Source: Mercenaria mercenaria
Lineage: Eukaryota
Assembly: GCF_021730395.1 (NCBI RefSeq)
Contig: NC_069369.1
Coordinates: 29,741,250 to 29,805,249 of the forward strand
Direction of reading: 5' to 3'
DNA: 64,000 nt
Shown here one piece after another: positions 1-15,619 of the stretch. The position numbers were made by a program, and so were the translations under genes. The notes under the pieces are model-generated. The model did not search any database. It was not told where the DNA came from and saw only the letters and a list, made by a program, of their open reading frames with translations. Positions within the stretch are counted from its first letter, which is position 1; each line of letters opens with the position of its first letter.

Positions 1-1440
1 CATTATCTAGTTATGGTAAATGTTTGTGGTAAAGTACTTGCATATCCGACATCTATTCATACAAATGACAGACAAAACTTCTATTTAAATCAAAGGTAGG
101 CATAGGGGTCTTGAACAGATGGTAAATGTTTGTGCCAGTTATTTCAATATTGATGGAGGCATCAAAATATTCTAGCAGAGAAGATAAATGACCTAAACCT
201 TTTACCTGGGACATTGACATTTAAGGTAGAGGCATTGTCCAGTTTTCTTTTTGCAGCAGTCATTTATGCCAGTTATTACAAAATTGGATATACCTGTAAG
301 GCAACAAACTTTTATGCCATATAATTTTGTGCTCAGACAGACATACAAACATACATTCACTCACAGTGATAACACTACATTATTTTAAATGGCAGGCATA
401 AAAATCTGCAAATTAGACAAGAATTTCTCATAATAGTGTGAAATTCTGTTTTACTGATAAAAATATTTCCTAGTTATTTTTGCCGATTTTATTAGCTATC
501 CACAGTTTGATCCCCAAAAATGGCAAGGGAGATAATTATTATGGATATTGTAGTTATCGGTATGACTCAACTGGTGCAATAATCGAATAAAGGTAAATCC
601 ACATCTAATGTCCCCATGCATCACCAACTTGAAATAATAGCCCATGCTTAAACACAGGATTTACTGTTATAACATCTAGAAGAAATAACAAGATGACACT
701 TTGTACAAATGTTTATTGAATAATTCCAACATCATAATCTGCACATGATATGATGATAACCTATACATTGGTCTCGTACCAGTGGCATGTTTCAATACAT
801 ATACAACCTACACAAACAGCTAACCAGTCTACTTCAGTCTGCAGACCAGTCCATTATTTTATCACCTAAAACATTCAGATCTGGTCAGAACATAAGCTTT
901 TTTTTATGTGTTCTCAAACTGCCAGTGTACACAGATGAAATCCAGGGGACAGAACTCTACATGGAACATTCATTTCATTAATAAGTTTAAATACACCAAA
1001 CTAAACCTGGGAAAAACTGCTGCAAAAACAGTTTAAACATATTTCAACTCGAAAACTGCCCACGGAATTCACATCACAGTTCATTACTTGAATCTGTTCT
1101 TTGTAACTATATTCAATGCCTCTGTCGAAAGAACAGCTTCAAGCTTTCAATCTTTTTCAGTTCAGTGTTTCATCTGGTACACATAGTTATACAATTTAAT
1201 CATAAGGGACATATCAAACTCTCAGATGTAACAGACTGTCCTTACACATAAATGTCAAATTTCATGAAAATCTACCTTCAGCTCACCGTTAACGTAGGTT
1301 GTAAAGCAATGAAATTTCAACTAAATGTGACAAAAAACAATTTTATGAACATTTACACCTTAAAACATTTAAACATCTGCTTGACGGTGCTTACATGGTG
1401 TAACAAAAACATCAGCTAAACTAGTTATGAATGATAATTT

Positions 1441-1667
1441 GAGCTGTGCCATGAGAAAACCAACATGGTGCATTTGCAACCAGCATTGATCCAGACCAGC
1501 CTGCACATCCGCGCAGTCTGGTCAGGATCCATGCTGTTCGCTAATGGTTTCTCTAATTGCAACAGGCTTTGAAAGCGAACAGCATGGATCCTAACCAGAC
1601 TGCGCAGGCTGGTCGGATCCATGCTGGTCGCAAATGCAATATGTTGGTTTTCTCATGGTGCGGCTCA
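1441..1667. mobile_element. MITE family A, copy 1: a ~225-bp near-perfect palindrome with termini gagccgcaccatgagaaaaccaacat...
   Basis: The two ~95-bp arms are reverse complements around a ~35-bp spacer. The same element recurs six more times in the window. The listed ORFs 1425..1622, 1553..1798 and 1557..1775 are palindrome artefacts. Confidence 0.85.
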
Positions 1668-3356
1668 TTTAACCTCACAAGTCCTGCATTAAATAAACCT
1701 GGTGCTTTTTTTGTTCTCAAATTGTTTGCAACAGTGGCCAAAATTACTAAAATCAATTTTTTTTCTTCTAACTGATCATCTGAAATCATATGTGACAACT
1801 CGATTATAAGTCAGACTTATATATTTCATTGTATTATTTGATTGGCAAAATGTAGACTTGTGTATGAGTATATGTAAGTAATAATGTGTAGTTTTGCTGA
1901 CATTTTCGATACATTTTGCTGCCTCATATATACATGAAAATAAGTGATAGCACCGCTATTAATACATGTACACAGTTCAAAATACTACAAGTACACAATG
2001 AATGAATGAATGATGCAATGCAAAATATATGTAGATAAGAAAGTCTTTACATGTCTGTATATTAAGGTAGTCGTTCACCTCAGACAGCCTTTACGTCACT
2101 AGTTTGGAACAGTTAAGGTACATTTCGCATTTGTTTCACAAATCTTAAAACTTAAGCATGTAGTATCAACATCTCATTCTTGTTCTAATCATTTAATTCA
2201 TACATAATTCTTAAGTGATATCTATATGACGACACCTGCCTATACTCCACAGCAGACTTAAAACAGAAACTGAATATTAAAATTTGTGCACTTGCTGGTA
2301 TTACGTATCTACAAGGTGCAGCAAATTGCAAATACAAACTTCCTTCGCTCAAACTCGAATAATTTGAATATCGCCCTTCACTTGAACTCACTGTCAGGTC
2401 CGACAAAATCCCTGTATTATGTAAATGGTTCGATGACTCGAACAGCTGACAACTCCAAAAATTTTGCCGATCCCAACAAGTTTGAGCGAACGAAGTTCGA
2501 CTGTACATTTATTCTTTCTTACACATACACACCATCCAAAATAACTCCAGTAAGACTTTGTAGTTATGTATCTAAAATAGGTTATCTATTTTACCAGTCA
2601 ATGCATATTGTTAACATGCATAAACGGTAAAGTTACTGTCGAAAGAAACAGACATAACACGTGCAAGCATTCACACACACTGGTGGTCATGCAGACATTT
2701 ATTCAGTGTTTGTAGAGCGTAACAGTCACAGATTTTTTTTCTATAATTTTGTAAAGTGGCATGTATACGACCTTAATATATCTACATCTACCATTTCAGA
2801 TCAATTTGAAAAATAACAATGCCATTAAACAAAATTTACAATATTGATATGAGCAGTGTGCTTAGAAAAAGGGACAAGCTTCCTAGATAGAAGACTTTCA
2901 TTATTTCAAACTACATGTAACTATAACTTACTGTAATAATTAAATTTTATCAGTGAATGTACCATAGGATCAGACATCTGTAACTGTAATTCTTTTGGTG
3001 GGAATGGAAAAAAAAAAGCTCACTAAAAACCCCTTGAAAATCAAATTGCAACCGTGTTTTAGAAACTGGATGTCCAGTATATACCCATTTATGTACATTT
3101 TATACATGTCTACCATCAGCTAAGTTAAAGATAAAATATGCAGGTTCTTCAAGGATATGTAAAAATTTATCTCATAACATTTTAATTTATATCTCATTTC
3201 TTTTAGTAGCATAAAATACCTCAAAAGATCAGTGGTGCTACAAGTAAAATCAACCCTGAACACCATTAATACTTAGATGCAATCAGTATAACACGTCTCC
3301 CAATCTGTCATAATGGGATCACCATCAGGGATCTCAGGTGCTGCCAACTACATACA

Positions 3357-3600
3357 AGGGGCCTCCGTGGCCGAGTGGTTAAGGTCGATGACTTCGAATC
3401 ACTTGCACCTCACCAACGTGAATTCTTCATGTGAAGAAGCCATCCAGCTGGCTTACGGAAGGTCTACCCAGGTGCATGATGAAATAATGCAGAGAGGGGC
3501 ACCTTGGGTCTTCCTCCACAATAAAAGCTAAGAAGTCGCCATGTGACCTTAAATTGTGTCAGTGCAACACTAAACCCAACAAACAAACAACATCTAGGAT
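3357..3600 (+). mobile_element. tRNA-derived SINE, copy 1 (head ggggcctccgtggccgagtggttaaggtcgatgacttcgaatcac)
   Basis: Box-A/box-B-like tRNA head. The same element recurs inverted at 9661-9906 and 31706-31915. ORF 3313..3531 is an artefact. Confidence 0.75.
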
Positions 3601-6358
3601 ATTTGTTTGTTTTCGGTGAATAAGGAATATATCTAACAGTCTAGAGACAATTTTTGCACTTTCATGGGCACACAGTGCAAGTAAAAGTAAGAAAATTGTC
3701 TCAGTTCAAGGTAAGAAAATTCCATCTTTATGAAAAACAAATTTTCTTTTTAATTTCTGCAAACTTATGAGAGAAAAGGCTAAAAAGTAATCCAAAATTA
3801 TATCATTCACAGTGAGGAATACATATTTAACTGACAAAATGAAGTATTTCAATAAAAACACTTTTACGTTAATACTTAGTTGAAGTTTTCAGTATAACGT
3901 ATCGCCCCATCTGACATACTGGGACTTACATCAACAACTTCAGAGTGCTGGCACTCTGCACTAAAGTCTTGAATCGTCACCGCGGCAACCAAAATATTTT
4001 AACATTCAATGTTGTCTTGTAACTAGTAGCACAGAAGGCATGAAAATAACAAAGAAATAAAATGATAGTATCAGTTTGCTAGATCTATGGAAACTTGATG
4101 GTCTGTACAGTTTGCAAATGAACGACATGATGATAAAAAAACAACAGAACTAATGCAGTACTAATGCAGGTGACAAAAAAAGATGCAAATTTCTTCTAAC
4201 AAAACTTGACAAACATTTTGATTCTTGAACGAAGTTATGTACATAATCTTCATTAACACAAACTGCAAGAAAATGATGTAAAAACAACACATAACCACCA
4301 AAATAGCTGTTTTCCCCCTTTAGCATGATATGATTTGACCTTGAAATACTGGGCACGGGTACTACTCTTTCATACATAATGTATCAGGAATTTGTACCGT
4401 TAATAAATTGTGTCTACGAGACGTGTTTGTCTCTTAAAACATAAACCGGCTGTTTGGAACTAACAAGGAGCTGTAGATTCCCCAAGTCAAATCATGCTAA
4501 ACCAAAGTTTTAAAATGATTACAAAAAACATGTGTTCAATGAATGAGATCTTAACATAGCACAAATTGAAAGGTACTTTACAAAACCTAAATATTAGTGA
4601 AGAAATACAAAATTATGCATCACTGTTAAAAGATAATGAAGAGAAAGTTTTCAATTTATCACTGGCACTTTTCATTAAAATAAATATTTGTTGACATTTT
4701 AGAAGAACTTAGCTCGAAAATCATCTCCCCCTCTTGTATTCAGCCAAGACTAAATTCTCAACTGGATGTTACCAGCACAGGCATTAAAACATGTTTATGT
4801 AAAACGTGTGACATTTAATATGATCTTTAATCTTATTTTTCTCTGAATATCTATAATCAGGAACACAAAACAGAAGCGAGAGAAGTAACGTTAAAGACGG
4901 CCATACCTGAAATGTTTGTACGGACCGATTTTGATGTAGGATACGCAAAAGAAGAAACATGCGATGATACAAAACAAATTTAGCACACTAGTCTTATGGG
5001 GCTTAAAGAACAAAACTGCAAATTTAAATAATGCTGAAACAACAAAGAATGCAATTTATGAAAATTGTAAATTTTCAGCTGGTCCCCGACATAAAAGTTC
5101 ACTACTAACCGTAATAAGCAAGAACAGAAAATTTAAAGAAATAATGAACAATTGGTTTACTACACAATTTTTTGTTTGCAACTTTGGCAGAGGGAACTAA
5201 AAATACCGAAATAACTAAGATTAAATCAAAATGGTACAGCAGCTTCATCTGTTGACATATAATATGCAAGACATTTACAGACCTGGGATACAGTCAAAAA
5301 CCAAAAGCTTGAATCTACATTCTGAATCCTTCACTTTTCTTATTTTAGTAAGAGTTACCTCGGGAAATTCTGATGGTCACAAGCCTGAAATTAGGACTAG
5401 TCTGGAAAAATCCCAGGCCTGGAAGACGAGGTAGGCCCTTGAAATGAATCTTCACTGTTATGATAAATTCAGTCATTCTAAAAATACACACGTCAACTTT
5501 CAAAAAAGTGACTGTAATTGTAACAGACATTTTGATTGGCTGATCCATCTGTCACATCCAATTAAAGAACCTTACGTTGGTATAAATTGGTAAACTTGAG
5601 CTGCAGAAATGATAAGGTTGTGATGATAAATTCAATTCAAACAAATTCGCTCCAAAAATACTTGTTTTTCCTTGTAGTAGAATGGTTGCTTGACAACATC
5701 CATAGGAACACTGGAGCTACAACAGCAAATAAAAATTACTACATGCTCACAGCTGTCATGGTCCAAGATTTTGCACATCGGTGATCGTGTCTTACAGATG
5801 TAATAAATTGCAGGGTAATGTCTTCTCATACATCAATCAGTCTGATTTTTGTAGTAATTTTCTGTCCCACATCTATCTTCATACCTCTCTATATAGACTA
5901 TGGCATTATCCGTTACCTGTTTCATTTATGCATAACAATTTCTGATTGCGTCTCTTTACATCGTAAATGAAAAAGATGCAGAAACGTGTGTACAAACAGT
6001 CAACTAATAACTAACTTCAACACTTAACACTTACACAATTGTTCACGGAATACTTTCACAAATGTTTACGTACGAGACATAATGAATAATGATCTTACGT
6101 CAACGACGTCTTTAGTTGACAACTGAATGTTTCTCTCCGACAACCGCTTTGCATTAAGTTCACATGGCAACATATCTTTTCAGATTCAGTCACATAATCT
6201 GGTATACAAAGTTTATTCTTAAAAAAACTTTGACCACACATTGTTTATATTTTGCAAAAAAAATCCTGTTACAAAAATGAGGGTGAATACTCCATGCTTG
6301 TGTGTGTGTGAATGATTTTCACAATGAGATGTGTAGGAAGAGAGAATGGCATGTATTA

Positions 6359-6597
6359 TTAATGAACATCTGAACTTTCTGGCTTTGAAAGGTGGTTTCC
6401 CGACTCCGGAAGTGTTGAATGAGGCGTTGAATGAGGGGTGCTGTGTGAGACGGGTGGGTGTGCATCCATTGTTGTTGAGTGGACGCCCAGACTTGCGGCT
6501 GCGGCTGCAGCAGCGGCAGGATTAGGGAATGGGTAACCACCCCCACCATTCATACTTTCTGGGTATCCAGGAAAGGCATAACGCATACTGCCAGCAG
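6359..6597 (-). CDS. CtBP: CtBP terminal coding exon (AAGSMRYAFPGYPESMNGGGGYPFPNP(A)8SLGVHSTTMDAHPPVSHSTPHSTPHS...SDVH*). The stop codon is at 6359-6361
   Basis: Minus ORF 6359..6619. Acceptor ttctag|CTGCTGGC in phase with the preceding exon. The low-complexity Ala/Pro/His-rich tail resembles the Drosophila CtBP C-terminus (AAAAGGVAAA...HSTTPHDGPHSTT). Confidence 0.82.
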
Positions 6598-7170
6598 CTA
6601 GAAAAGAAAAAAAAAACATATTTATAGAAGGTACACTTCATAGCAAGACTGCACAAGGTAGCCCTAGTTATACTACTCAATGAGATATCAAACCCAAGTC
6701 ACAAATGTAACTTGAAATGGATCAGTTAAATAGAAAATAAGGTTCTTTTAACCAGTTCTTTTGCTATCTTCCTTTAAGCATTACTTACCCAAAAAAAGGA
6801 ATACTCCGCACTCCCCCCACCCCAACCCAAAAGGAAAGATAGAGGAGGCAGCCAAACAAATTTTTAGCATGTATGTGATCTCGTTATAAGACCCTTTACC
6901 TTGAAAAGGTAACAGCTTTTACTGAACCCTTTCCCTCAATAAAATACAGTATACACTTAGACCAGTAAGCCATTTAATAAATGTTTTATCAATCAACTCA
7001 CAGATTTTTTTTTTTTTTTCAATTGTAGACTTAGCCCAGCAGACAAGTTTTAAATATAGCATAAACTATCAACCATCGATTTATAAAGAGGCATTAATCT
7101 TGTTTTTATGACAGTTGCTAAAATTTACTTATATTTCATTTTGGCTAAACACCTGAACCATGTCTCATTA

Positions 7171-7640
<470 letters not shown>

Positions 7641-8736
7641 ACCTTTGGCCTTCAAGACCTTGACCTTGAACCTAGTGCTGTGCACCCTGCATCTCATCTT
7701 GATGAGGTTAACAAATGACGCTAATTTTATGAAAATCCTTCCTGATTTTTTTTTTTATTATTATTTGGGTTTTACAGCGTACCAACACAGTATGGGTTAT
7801 ATGGCGCCAAACAAGGCTACAAATTTTGGTTTCATATCTCTATATATATATTTACACCGAAATAAAAACATGAAAATCCTTCCTTCCTGTGGTTAAGAAG
7901 ATATGGAGTGGCCAAAAATTTGAACTTTCTGATCTTTGACCTGTAAGTGTGACCCTGACCCTGGGACTTGTGACCTGTGTTGTGCATTATGCAATCTTCT
8001 TGATTATGTTAATAACTGATGCAAGTTTTATGAAAACCTTCCCAACATTCAAGAAGATATAGAGCGGACATGACAAACTGGCATGTGTGAATCCAATAAA
8101 GCCCCCATATTATAGATATACTTTGTACCTGGCTGGTGTAACAATTCATAGAGCTAGAAGTGTACTTTAAAGGACCTGAAACAATTCTCCAATTTAGGAT
8201 CACTAACATTGACTTATATTCCTGTATTTTAAAGTGTTTTTTTTTTGTTGCTACTGCATGTAAGAGTCTGATTTTGATTACGTAAATGCTGTCTATCTTT
8301 CAACTTCTATCACCTTGTTTTTACATGTTCTTGACAGCTAAGATGCAACAAACAGATGATATTATTTCTAATCAACTTTGTATCAGTAATGTTTCTTTTA
8401 TAAAAAATCATCATGGTGAACGTTTGCCTTGAAACAAAACCCAAGCTTGTAGTATATGGTCCAAATTAACTATAAATCTGCCAGATGCAGTGTGTCCCTT
8501 TGAAGACCAAGGGAAATAATTCAATAATGTATGTCAACAAAAAACAAATGTTATTTAATTAACCTTTGTAACCTTCTCTCATTCAGAGATTTTATCTGGA
8601 TATAACAATAACACCACACTAATTACAATGAAACTGAACTTGCTATCATGTTTCATGTAACCTCAATCATTGTCCGTAACTGTTTTGGTTGTGAATACCT
8701 TAAACAGTTCATGTTAAATATTTATATACAGCATTA

Positions 8737-8967
<231 letters not shown>

Positions 8968-9660
8968 TCAATGAAAGAATAAATACTTAACCTACTTAAA
9001 CTGCTTCCACTCTGGCCGACTACCCACAATTCCAAATATTCTAACACAGATATAAGCCTAAGTGGTTCACCAGATGAATACTTTGAGCTTTTCTCTTTGG
9101 TGAACATCCACTTAGCAGTTCGTTGAAACTAATATACAGTTTTTTCTCTCTCAACTTTCTGCTGTGATGGCTGCAAAATGCTAACCATTAGAGTAAACTT
9201 GAGACAAGTCCAACCAAGGGTGCTATACGAGAAGAAATGGGTACATACAGACTAACCAAACAAGAATTTATGGACCTTTTAAGAACTTTCCTTATTTTCC
9301 AGAACAATGTTTTAACAGTTTCGAGGGTAAGAAACATACTGTCGCAAGTCGGCCAGGAGTTGAAATTTAAATATCTTCCATTACATCGCCAACAGTAACC
9401 TACCAGACAGGGCTGAAAAAATCTGGATACCAACTTAACGCAGAGAAAAAAGCGCAAGCTAGGAGCCAGTGTCTTTGTCCCACTGTTAGTCCTGCCATGG
9501 TATGAATAATGTATTTTGCCACAATACATGTACGGTCACCAGATTTACTGCATATTTCTTTTTATTGCTTTTCCCCCCACAGTTAATGAAGTTTACAAAA
9601 CATCACTCAATTTAAGAATTTTTAACCATATTACAAGACTTTTTATGTTTGTTTGTTTTG

Positions 9661-9906
9661 TTGGGTTTAACGCATCACTGACACAATTATAGTTCATATG
9701 GTGACTTTCCAGTTTCGATTGTGGAGGAAGACTCCAGGCGCCCTTCCGTGCATTATTTCATCACGGGCCGGCACCTAGGTAGAACCACCAACCTTCTGTA
9801 AGCCAGCTGGAAGGCTTCCTCACATGAAGAATTCAACGCCCTGAATGAGGCTCGAATCCACATCTGTGAGAAGTCAGTGACCTTAACCACTCGGCCACAG
9901 AGGCCC
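9661..9906 (-). mobile_element. tRNA-derived SINE, copy 2
   Basis: Reverse complement of copy 1 (…cactcggccacagaggcccc). Confidence 0.75.
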
Positions 9907-9989
9907 CTAAAGGACTTTTAAGCACTTTTAGGGTTCAGGGATAAATTTAAGTACTTTCCAGGACCTTTTTTACCTTTTTTCAGGACCTT

Positions 9990-10620
9990 TTAAGAATGGG
10001 CATCAAATTTAAGCACTTTTTAAGACTGAATGAAACCCTGAAGAAGTTGTTTAAAGGTTTTTCAATTTTAGTTCTTGGTAGCCCCTACCAGAAACATTTA
10101 AATAAAGGTCACAGGCCAATGGTGAAGATCTATCAAGCAGTTCATTACAAGTTGTTTCAAGTTATTTTTATTTTAGCTCTGACAACCCCTTACAAGCAGA
10201 ATCATCTAAAAAGTTTGGTAAAGATCTATCAAGTAGTTCATTGAAGTGTTGTTTTTCTCTCTTTTTTTTTTAAGCTGCAGCAGCCTCTAAAAGCAGTTAA
10301 GTTAAACCATTTTAACAAACTTGTGAGAACCATACAAGGACACTATTAACCAAGTTTGGTTAAGATTCATCCAGTGGTTCACGAGTTCATTCTGTTTCTA
10401 CTTTTAGCTCTGGCAGTCCCTAAAAGGGGCCGAGTAAAACCATTTGAGAGGACCACGCAAACATACAGACCAAGCTTGGTAAAGATCCATCAAGTGTTTC
10501 ATAAGAAGAAGTTATTTAAAGGTTTTCGTATTTTTAGTTCTAACGGCCCCAAAAAGGGACCAAGCTGAACCACTGTAACAAAATTGAGAGCTACATGCCA
10601 GGATGCATTAGTTCAGGTAA
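9990..10620 (+). repeat. Satellite D array (~130-150-bp monomer: tttttagctctggcagtccctaaaaggggccaagt...accaagtttgatgaagatccatcaagcagttcatgaaaag)
   Basis: About five degenerate tandem units. ORFs 9996..10244 and 10356..10568 are artefacts. The same family recurs at 35930-36650 and 37205-38010. Confidence 0.65.
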
Positions 10621-10973
10621 AGTAAAATTCTGACCAGCAATTTCAGAGGAGAGTGAAGCAAAAATGTTGGCGTAAGATGACATACACAAGACAATGGACA
10701 CCAGATCATCAACCTACATTGTATAAAAAAATAATTTTCCAACAAACCTGATAACAAGCTGTTTTTCCACTCCCTGAAGTCTTTTTAGCTTTTTTTAAAA
10801 AACAAATGTATATATAAACACAATATAAAAGTACTATACTTGCAAAAATACAAACAACTCCAATCTTAATGGCCAAACCAGTTCACCATACATCCAAATC
10901 TTCACCAGATATACAGTTGTGATACGACCAGTAACCATAGCTACAGCACTATGACCGACCGTCCGTCTACTCA

Positions 10974-11195
<222 letters not shown>

Positions 11196-11444
11196 TTATC
11201 CAAATTTTATGTACTGTTCATAGCAAATACATAAACTCAAAACACAGATTGGTGTGAAATGTAAAAAAAACGAGAATTTTACACAACAGACAGTTTATTG
11301 ATAGATAAAATGGTCATAAAATTTGGAAACAAATTCAATTAGTAATGGTCTGTTAACATCAAAATATTCTGAAGTGCTTGATTAGTTGCAAAATCTGTAT
11401 AGGAAAGAATCAAGCAAGGAAACTTTGAAATGAAGACATGATTT

Positions 11445-11644
11445 GAGCCGCACCATGAGAAAACCAACATAGTGCATTTGCCACCAGCATGGACCCAGAC
11501 TGTTCGCTAACGGTTTCTCTAATTGCAATAGGGTTTGAAAGCGAGCGTTATGGATCCTGACCAGACTGCGTGGATGTGCAGGCGGGTCTGGATCCATGCT
11601 GGTCGCAAATGCACTATGTTGGTTTTCTCATGGCGCGGCTCATT
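11445..11644. mobile_element. MITE family A, copy 2
   Basis: Same termini and arms as copy 1. Lies in CtBP intron 4. ORF 11382..11597 is an artefact. Confidence 0.85.
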
Positions 11645-12093
11645 TATACATGATCCAACAACCGCACAGAAATATCTGCACAGTTTCTTGACAATACTGT
11701 GAAATCATTAATATTCGCGGGGGGGGGCTAATTTTCTTGATTTCGTGGTCAAGTAAATACACAAAATTTAAACTCAACAAACAAGCAAAATTCCCATGCA
11801 TTTAATGTTCAAAAACTGAAATCCATGAATTCATATCCCCATGAAATTGCCGTTTTGACCAAAACCACGATATTTCATGCCCACAAAATTAAATTTTACA
11901 GCAACAGTTACTAACAAATTTAAATACATCCTATTTAAAGTTATCATTTAAAATCGTCCCAAAGAAATATGATCCAGATATATCTCTATAATACATCAAC
12001 AAATTGAAGTACCTAAAATTTAACTTGTAAATCACTAGATGAATGAAACTACTGAGCCCCAAGGAATCACAATCATGTACTTGTTTTTAATCA

Positions 12094-12444
<351 letters not shown>

Positions 12445-12767
12445 TTAAATCATACATGTCAGAAATAAAGCCATAATCTTCTAACTACAGATTATTTTTA
12501 ATGTTTATATCTTTTGAAGAAGTAAGCGAAAAATTCAAATCTTCAAACAACAACAGGGTTGCCACTTAGTTGAGAAAATGAAATTCCACGACTAAACCGT
12601 ACTTTTCACTGACAAATACCACCATATTTTTTCTGCCTCTTCCTCCCCAACAGCCATCCAATCCACCCTTTTATATTTATTTTGTTTCAGATATAAACTT
12701 TCATAGTCTGCTTTGGAGGCAAGGGTTGCAAAGCCATTCAGTCTTCAAAATTCCAAATTTAACACAA

Positions 12768-13790
12768 GAGCACCGCCTTGCGGGTGCTGACGCTCATCTG
12801 ATTTTTTTTGTATAATAGAAATATTGTCCTATCCATGATTTTCTAAGTCTAAAAAGGGCCATCACTCTTGCAAAAAGCAGGATAGAGTTATGTTTCTTGA
12901 TGTACAGTGTCCACTTATGATGGTGAAAAACTGTTGCAAGTTTTAAAGCAATAGCTTTGATAGTTTATGAGAAAAGTTGACTTAAACATAATATTCAACC
13001 AAGAAAATGATTTTTCTAAGTCCAAAAAGGGCAATGATTATTGCAAAAAGCAGGATGGAGTTATGTTGCTTGCTGTACAGGGTCAGCTTATGATGGTGAA
13101 CAAGAGTTGCAAGTTTTAAAGCAATAGCTTCGATAGTTTAAGAGAAAAAGTTGACCTAAACATAAAACTTAACCAAGAAATCTGATATTTTCTAAGTCCA
13201 AAAGGGGCCATAAATCTTGCAAAAAGCAGGATGGAGTTATGTTTCTTGCTGTACAGGGTCAGCTTATGATGGTGAACAAGTGTTGCAAGTTTTAAAGGAA
13301 TAGCTTTGATAGTTTAGGATAAAAGCTGACCTAAACATAAAACTTAACCAAGAAAACTGATTTTCTAAGTCCAAAAGGGGCAATAATTCTTGCAAAAAGT
13401 AAGATGGAGTTATGTTTCTTGATGTACAGGGTCTGCTTATGATGGTGAACAAGTATTCCAAGTTTCAAAGCAATAGCTTTGATAGTTTAGGAGAAAAGTT
13501 GACCTAAACATAAAACTTAACCAAGAAATCTGATATTTTCTAAGTACAAAAGGGGCCATAAATCTTGCAAAAAGCAAGATGGAGTTATGTTTCTTGCTAT
13601 ACAGGGTCAGCTTATGATGGTGAACAAGTATTCCAAGTTTCAAAGCAATAGCTTTGATAGTTTAGGAGAAAAGCTGACCTAAACATAAAACTTAACCAGG
13701 CAACGCCGACGCAGACGCCGACGCCGACAACCGCTCAAGTGATGACAATAACTCATCATTTTTTTTCAAAAAATCAGATGAGCTAATAAA
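12768..13790 (+). mobile_element. Composite tandem-repeat element (TR-MITE / Helentron-like): 5' hairpin (caagagcaccgccttgcgggtgctgacgctc), five ~183-bp monomers, a (GCCGAC)n microsatellite and a conserved tail
   Basis: Monomers ttctaagtccaaaaagggcca...gcaaaaagcaggat.gagttatgtt... The 3' end runs ccgacgcagacgccgacgccgac...aactcatcattttttttcaaaaaatcagatgagc. Sits in CtBP intron 3. ORFs 13264..13643 are artefacts. Confidence 0.65.
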
Positions 13791-14329
13791 AACGAAATTG
13801 ATTCAAACACATTTAATTATGTTTATACACTATTACACCAAAATGTGTTTGGAAATTCTTATAAATACTACTTGAAGATTGCCATAGCCACTGAACATTT
13901 TAAACATTGACCCAGAATTTCATTCCCTCCCCCAACCCAGACACTGACCATTATCAAGATTTCCCTGACAATTCACTGACCTTGAAAAAAAGTCTTTTTT
14001 CCCAGACTTTTCAAGGTAAGTGGCAATCAACCCTGAACAAATTTTGGTAAAAAAAAATCCAAATGCAGATTCTGCACTGCTGCATTTTTTAAACTTTTGA
14101 AGAAAAAAAATTACACAAAAAATTAAATATGTCATTTCCTTTGCCTTACATATGTAATGCCAATCCAAGTCCTTGAAATGAACACATCTAAGCACTGGAA
14201 AATGAAAGATAACTGGTACAATTAAGAAACACTATTATAAACGCAGTTGTCTACCTTTATATGACTCTTTTAATCTATATTCAATGTGTACCGGTTCCCA
14301 TTTTCAGACTAGAAAGACTTTAGTATTTA

Positions 14330-14512
<183 letters not shown>

Positions 14513-14613
14513 CTAAAACAAGATATAACATCACTTTTTTGTAACAAAGAGGAGTTTGTAAAACACATGCCCCCATGATCACCTGTGGGAGGTCAATGGG
14601 TATTAACCTTTAG

Positions 14614-14805
14614 CCTGCTGGCGGGAAGAGATTCTGCCTTTGCGACCAGTGCAGACTAAGATCAGCCTACACATCCGTCAGTCTGATCATGGTCTACACT
14701 GTTCGCCATTCAGTCAGTATCTTTTTGTTAAGTGTCCCAGTTATTGGTACTGTCCAAATTTAAAGATGGACGTCCATTTTAGAAATTTAGCATGCTAAAG
14801 GTTAA
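14614..14805 (+). mobile_element. MITE family B, copy 1 (~195 bp, TTAA-ended, ~15-17 bp TIR TTAACCTTTAGCCTGCT), in CtBP intron 2
   Basis: ttaacctttagcctgctggcgg...gcatgctaaaggttaa. The central palindromic core gatcagcctacacatccgtcagtctgatc is shared with family A. Confidence 0.8.
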
Positions 14806-15230
14806 TTTATGTATGCCGTGACCTTGACCTTTGAATAAACAATGGCTGTGATCTACTAACTACAGGCAACCATCCTAAGAAGACTGACAGCCAAAGTGTT
14901 ATCTAATTTAGTGAAAACAATATTCAGTCTCAAGATCATTGTGACCATGACCTACTGACCCCCAAAAGAAGGTTGGTGGGTGAGGGGGTCATTTACTAAT
15001 TACTGACCACAGGCAACCATCCAATGAAGTTTAAAGACTGAAAGTCAAGGCATTCTTCAGTTATTTAATGGAAACCAGTTTCAGTCCAAAGGTCACTATG
15101 ACCTTGACACACTGACCAATAAAATTATAGAGGCCATTAACTGACCTCATCAATCTTCCTATGCAGTTGACCATTGTATTAATTGACTGGAAACAGAATG
15201 GTCTACTGACTGACAGACTAGGACAAGCAT
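14800..15230. repeat. ~130-bp tandem repeat (gaccttgacc...ctactgacc/actgaccacaggcaaccatcc) in CtBP intron 2
   Basis: Three degenerate units. Related to the widespread gaccttgacc motif family. Confidence 0.5.
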
Positions 15231-15367
15231 AAAATCTATTGCTTGAGGTTCACATTCTTACATTTCCAGACTAAGCATCATCAATAATATCTGGCTACCT
15301 AAGCATTAGACACTCTTATGTTTCATTATAGGGCGTGATCAATAGAGTAGGTGCTGGTTTAAATCTA

Positions 15368-15619
<252 letters not shown>

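Noticed and set aside
1425-1798. Overlapping ORFs on both strands encoding ...NSMDPDQTA... (also at 11382..11597, 47393..47662, 61997..62224)
   Set aside because: They lie entirely within palindromic MITE-A copies. The same peptide appears on both strands because the element is its own reverse complement.
3357-3440. Possible tRNA gene (GTGGCCGAGTGGTTAAGGTCGATGACTTCGAATCAC); similar segments at 52945-53040 and 63540-63650
   Set aside because: A and B boxes are present, but the 5' and 3' ends cannot form a 7-bp acceptor stem, and the sequence continues into a SINE body that is repeated three times in the window. These are tRNA-derived SINE heads.
6319-6549. A second minus ORF (76 aa) overlapping the CtBP terminal exon in another frame
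   Set aside because: It is an alternative frame of a low-complexity GC-rich exon. The CtBP frame is the one continuous with the upstream exon phase and with CtBP homology.
12768-13790. Possible CRISPR-like array (regularly spaced direct repeats); the same question arises at 21640-23060, 24560-25400 and 32390-33700
   Set aside because: The sequence is eukaryotic, with spliced genes, SINEs and microsatellites. The repeats are contiguous tandem monomers with no unique spacers, no leader and no cas genes. They are satellites.
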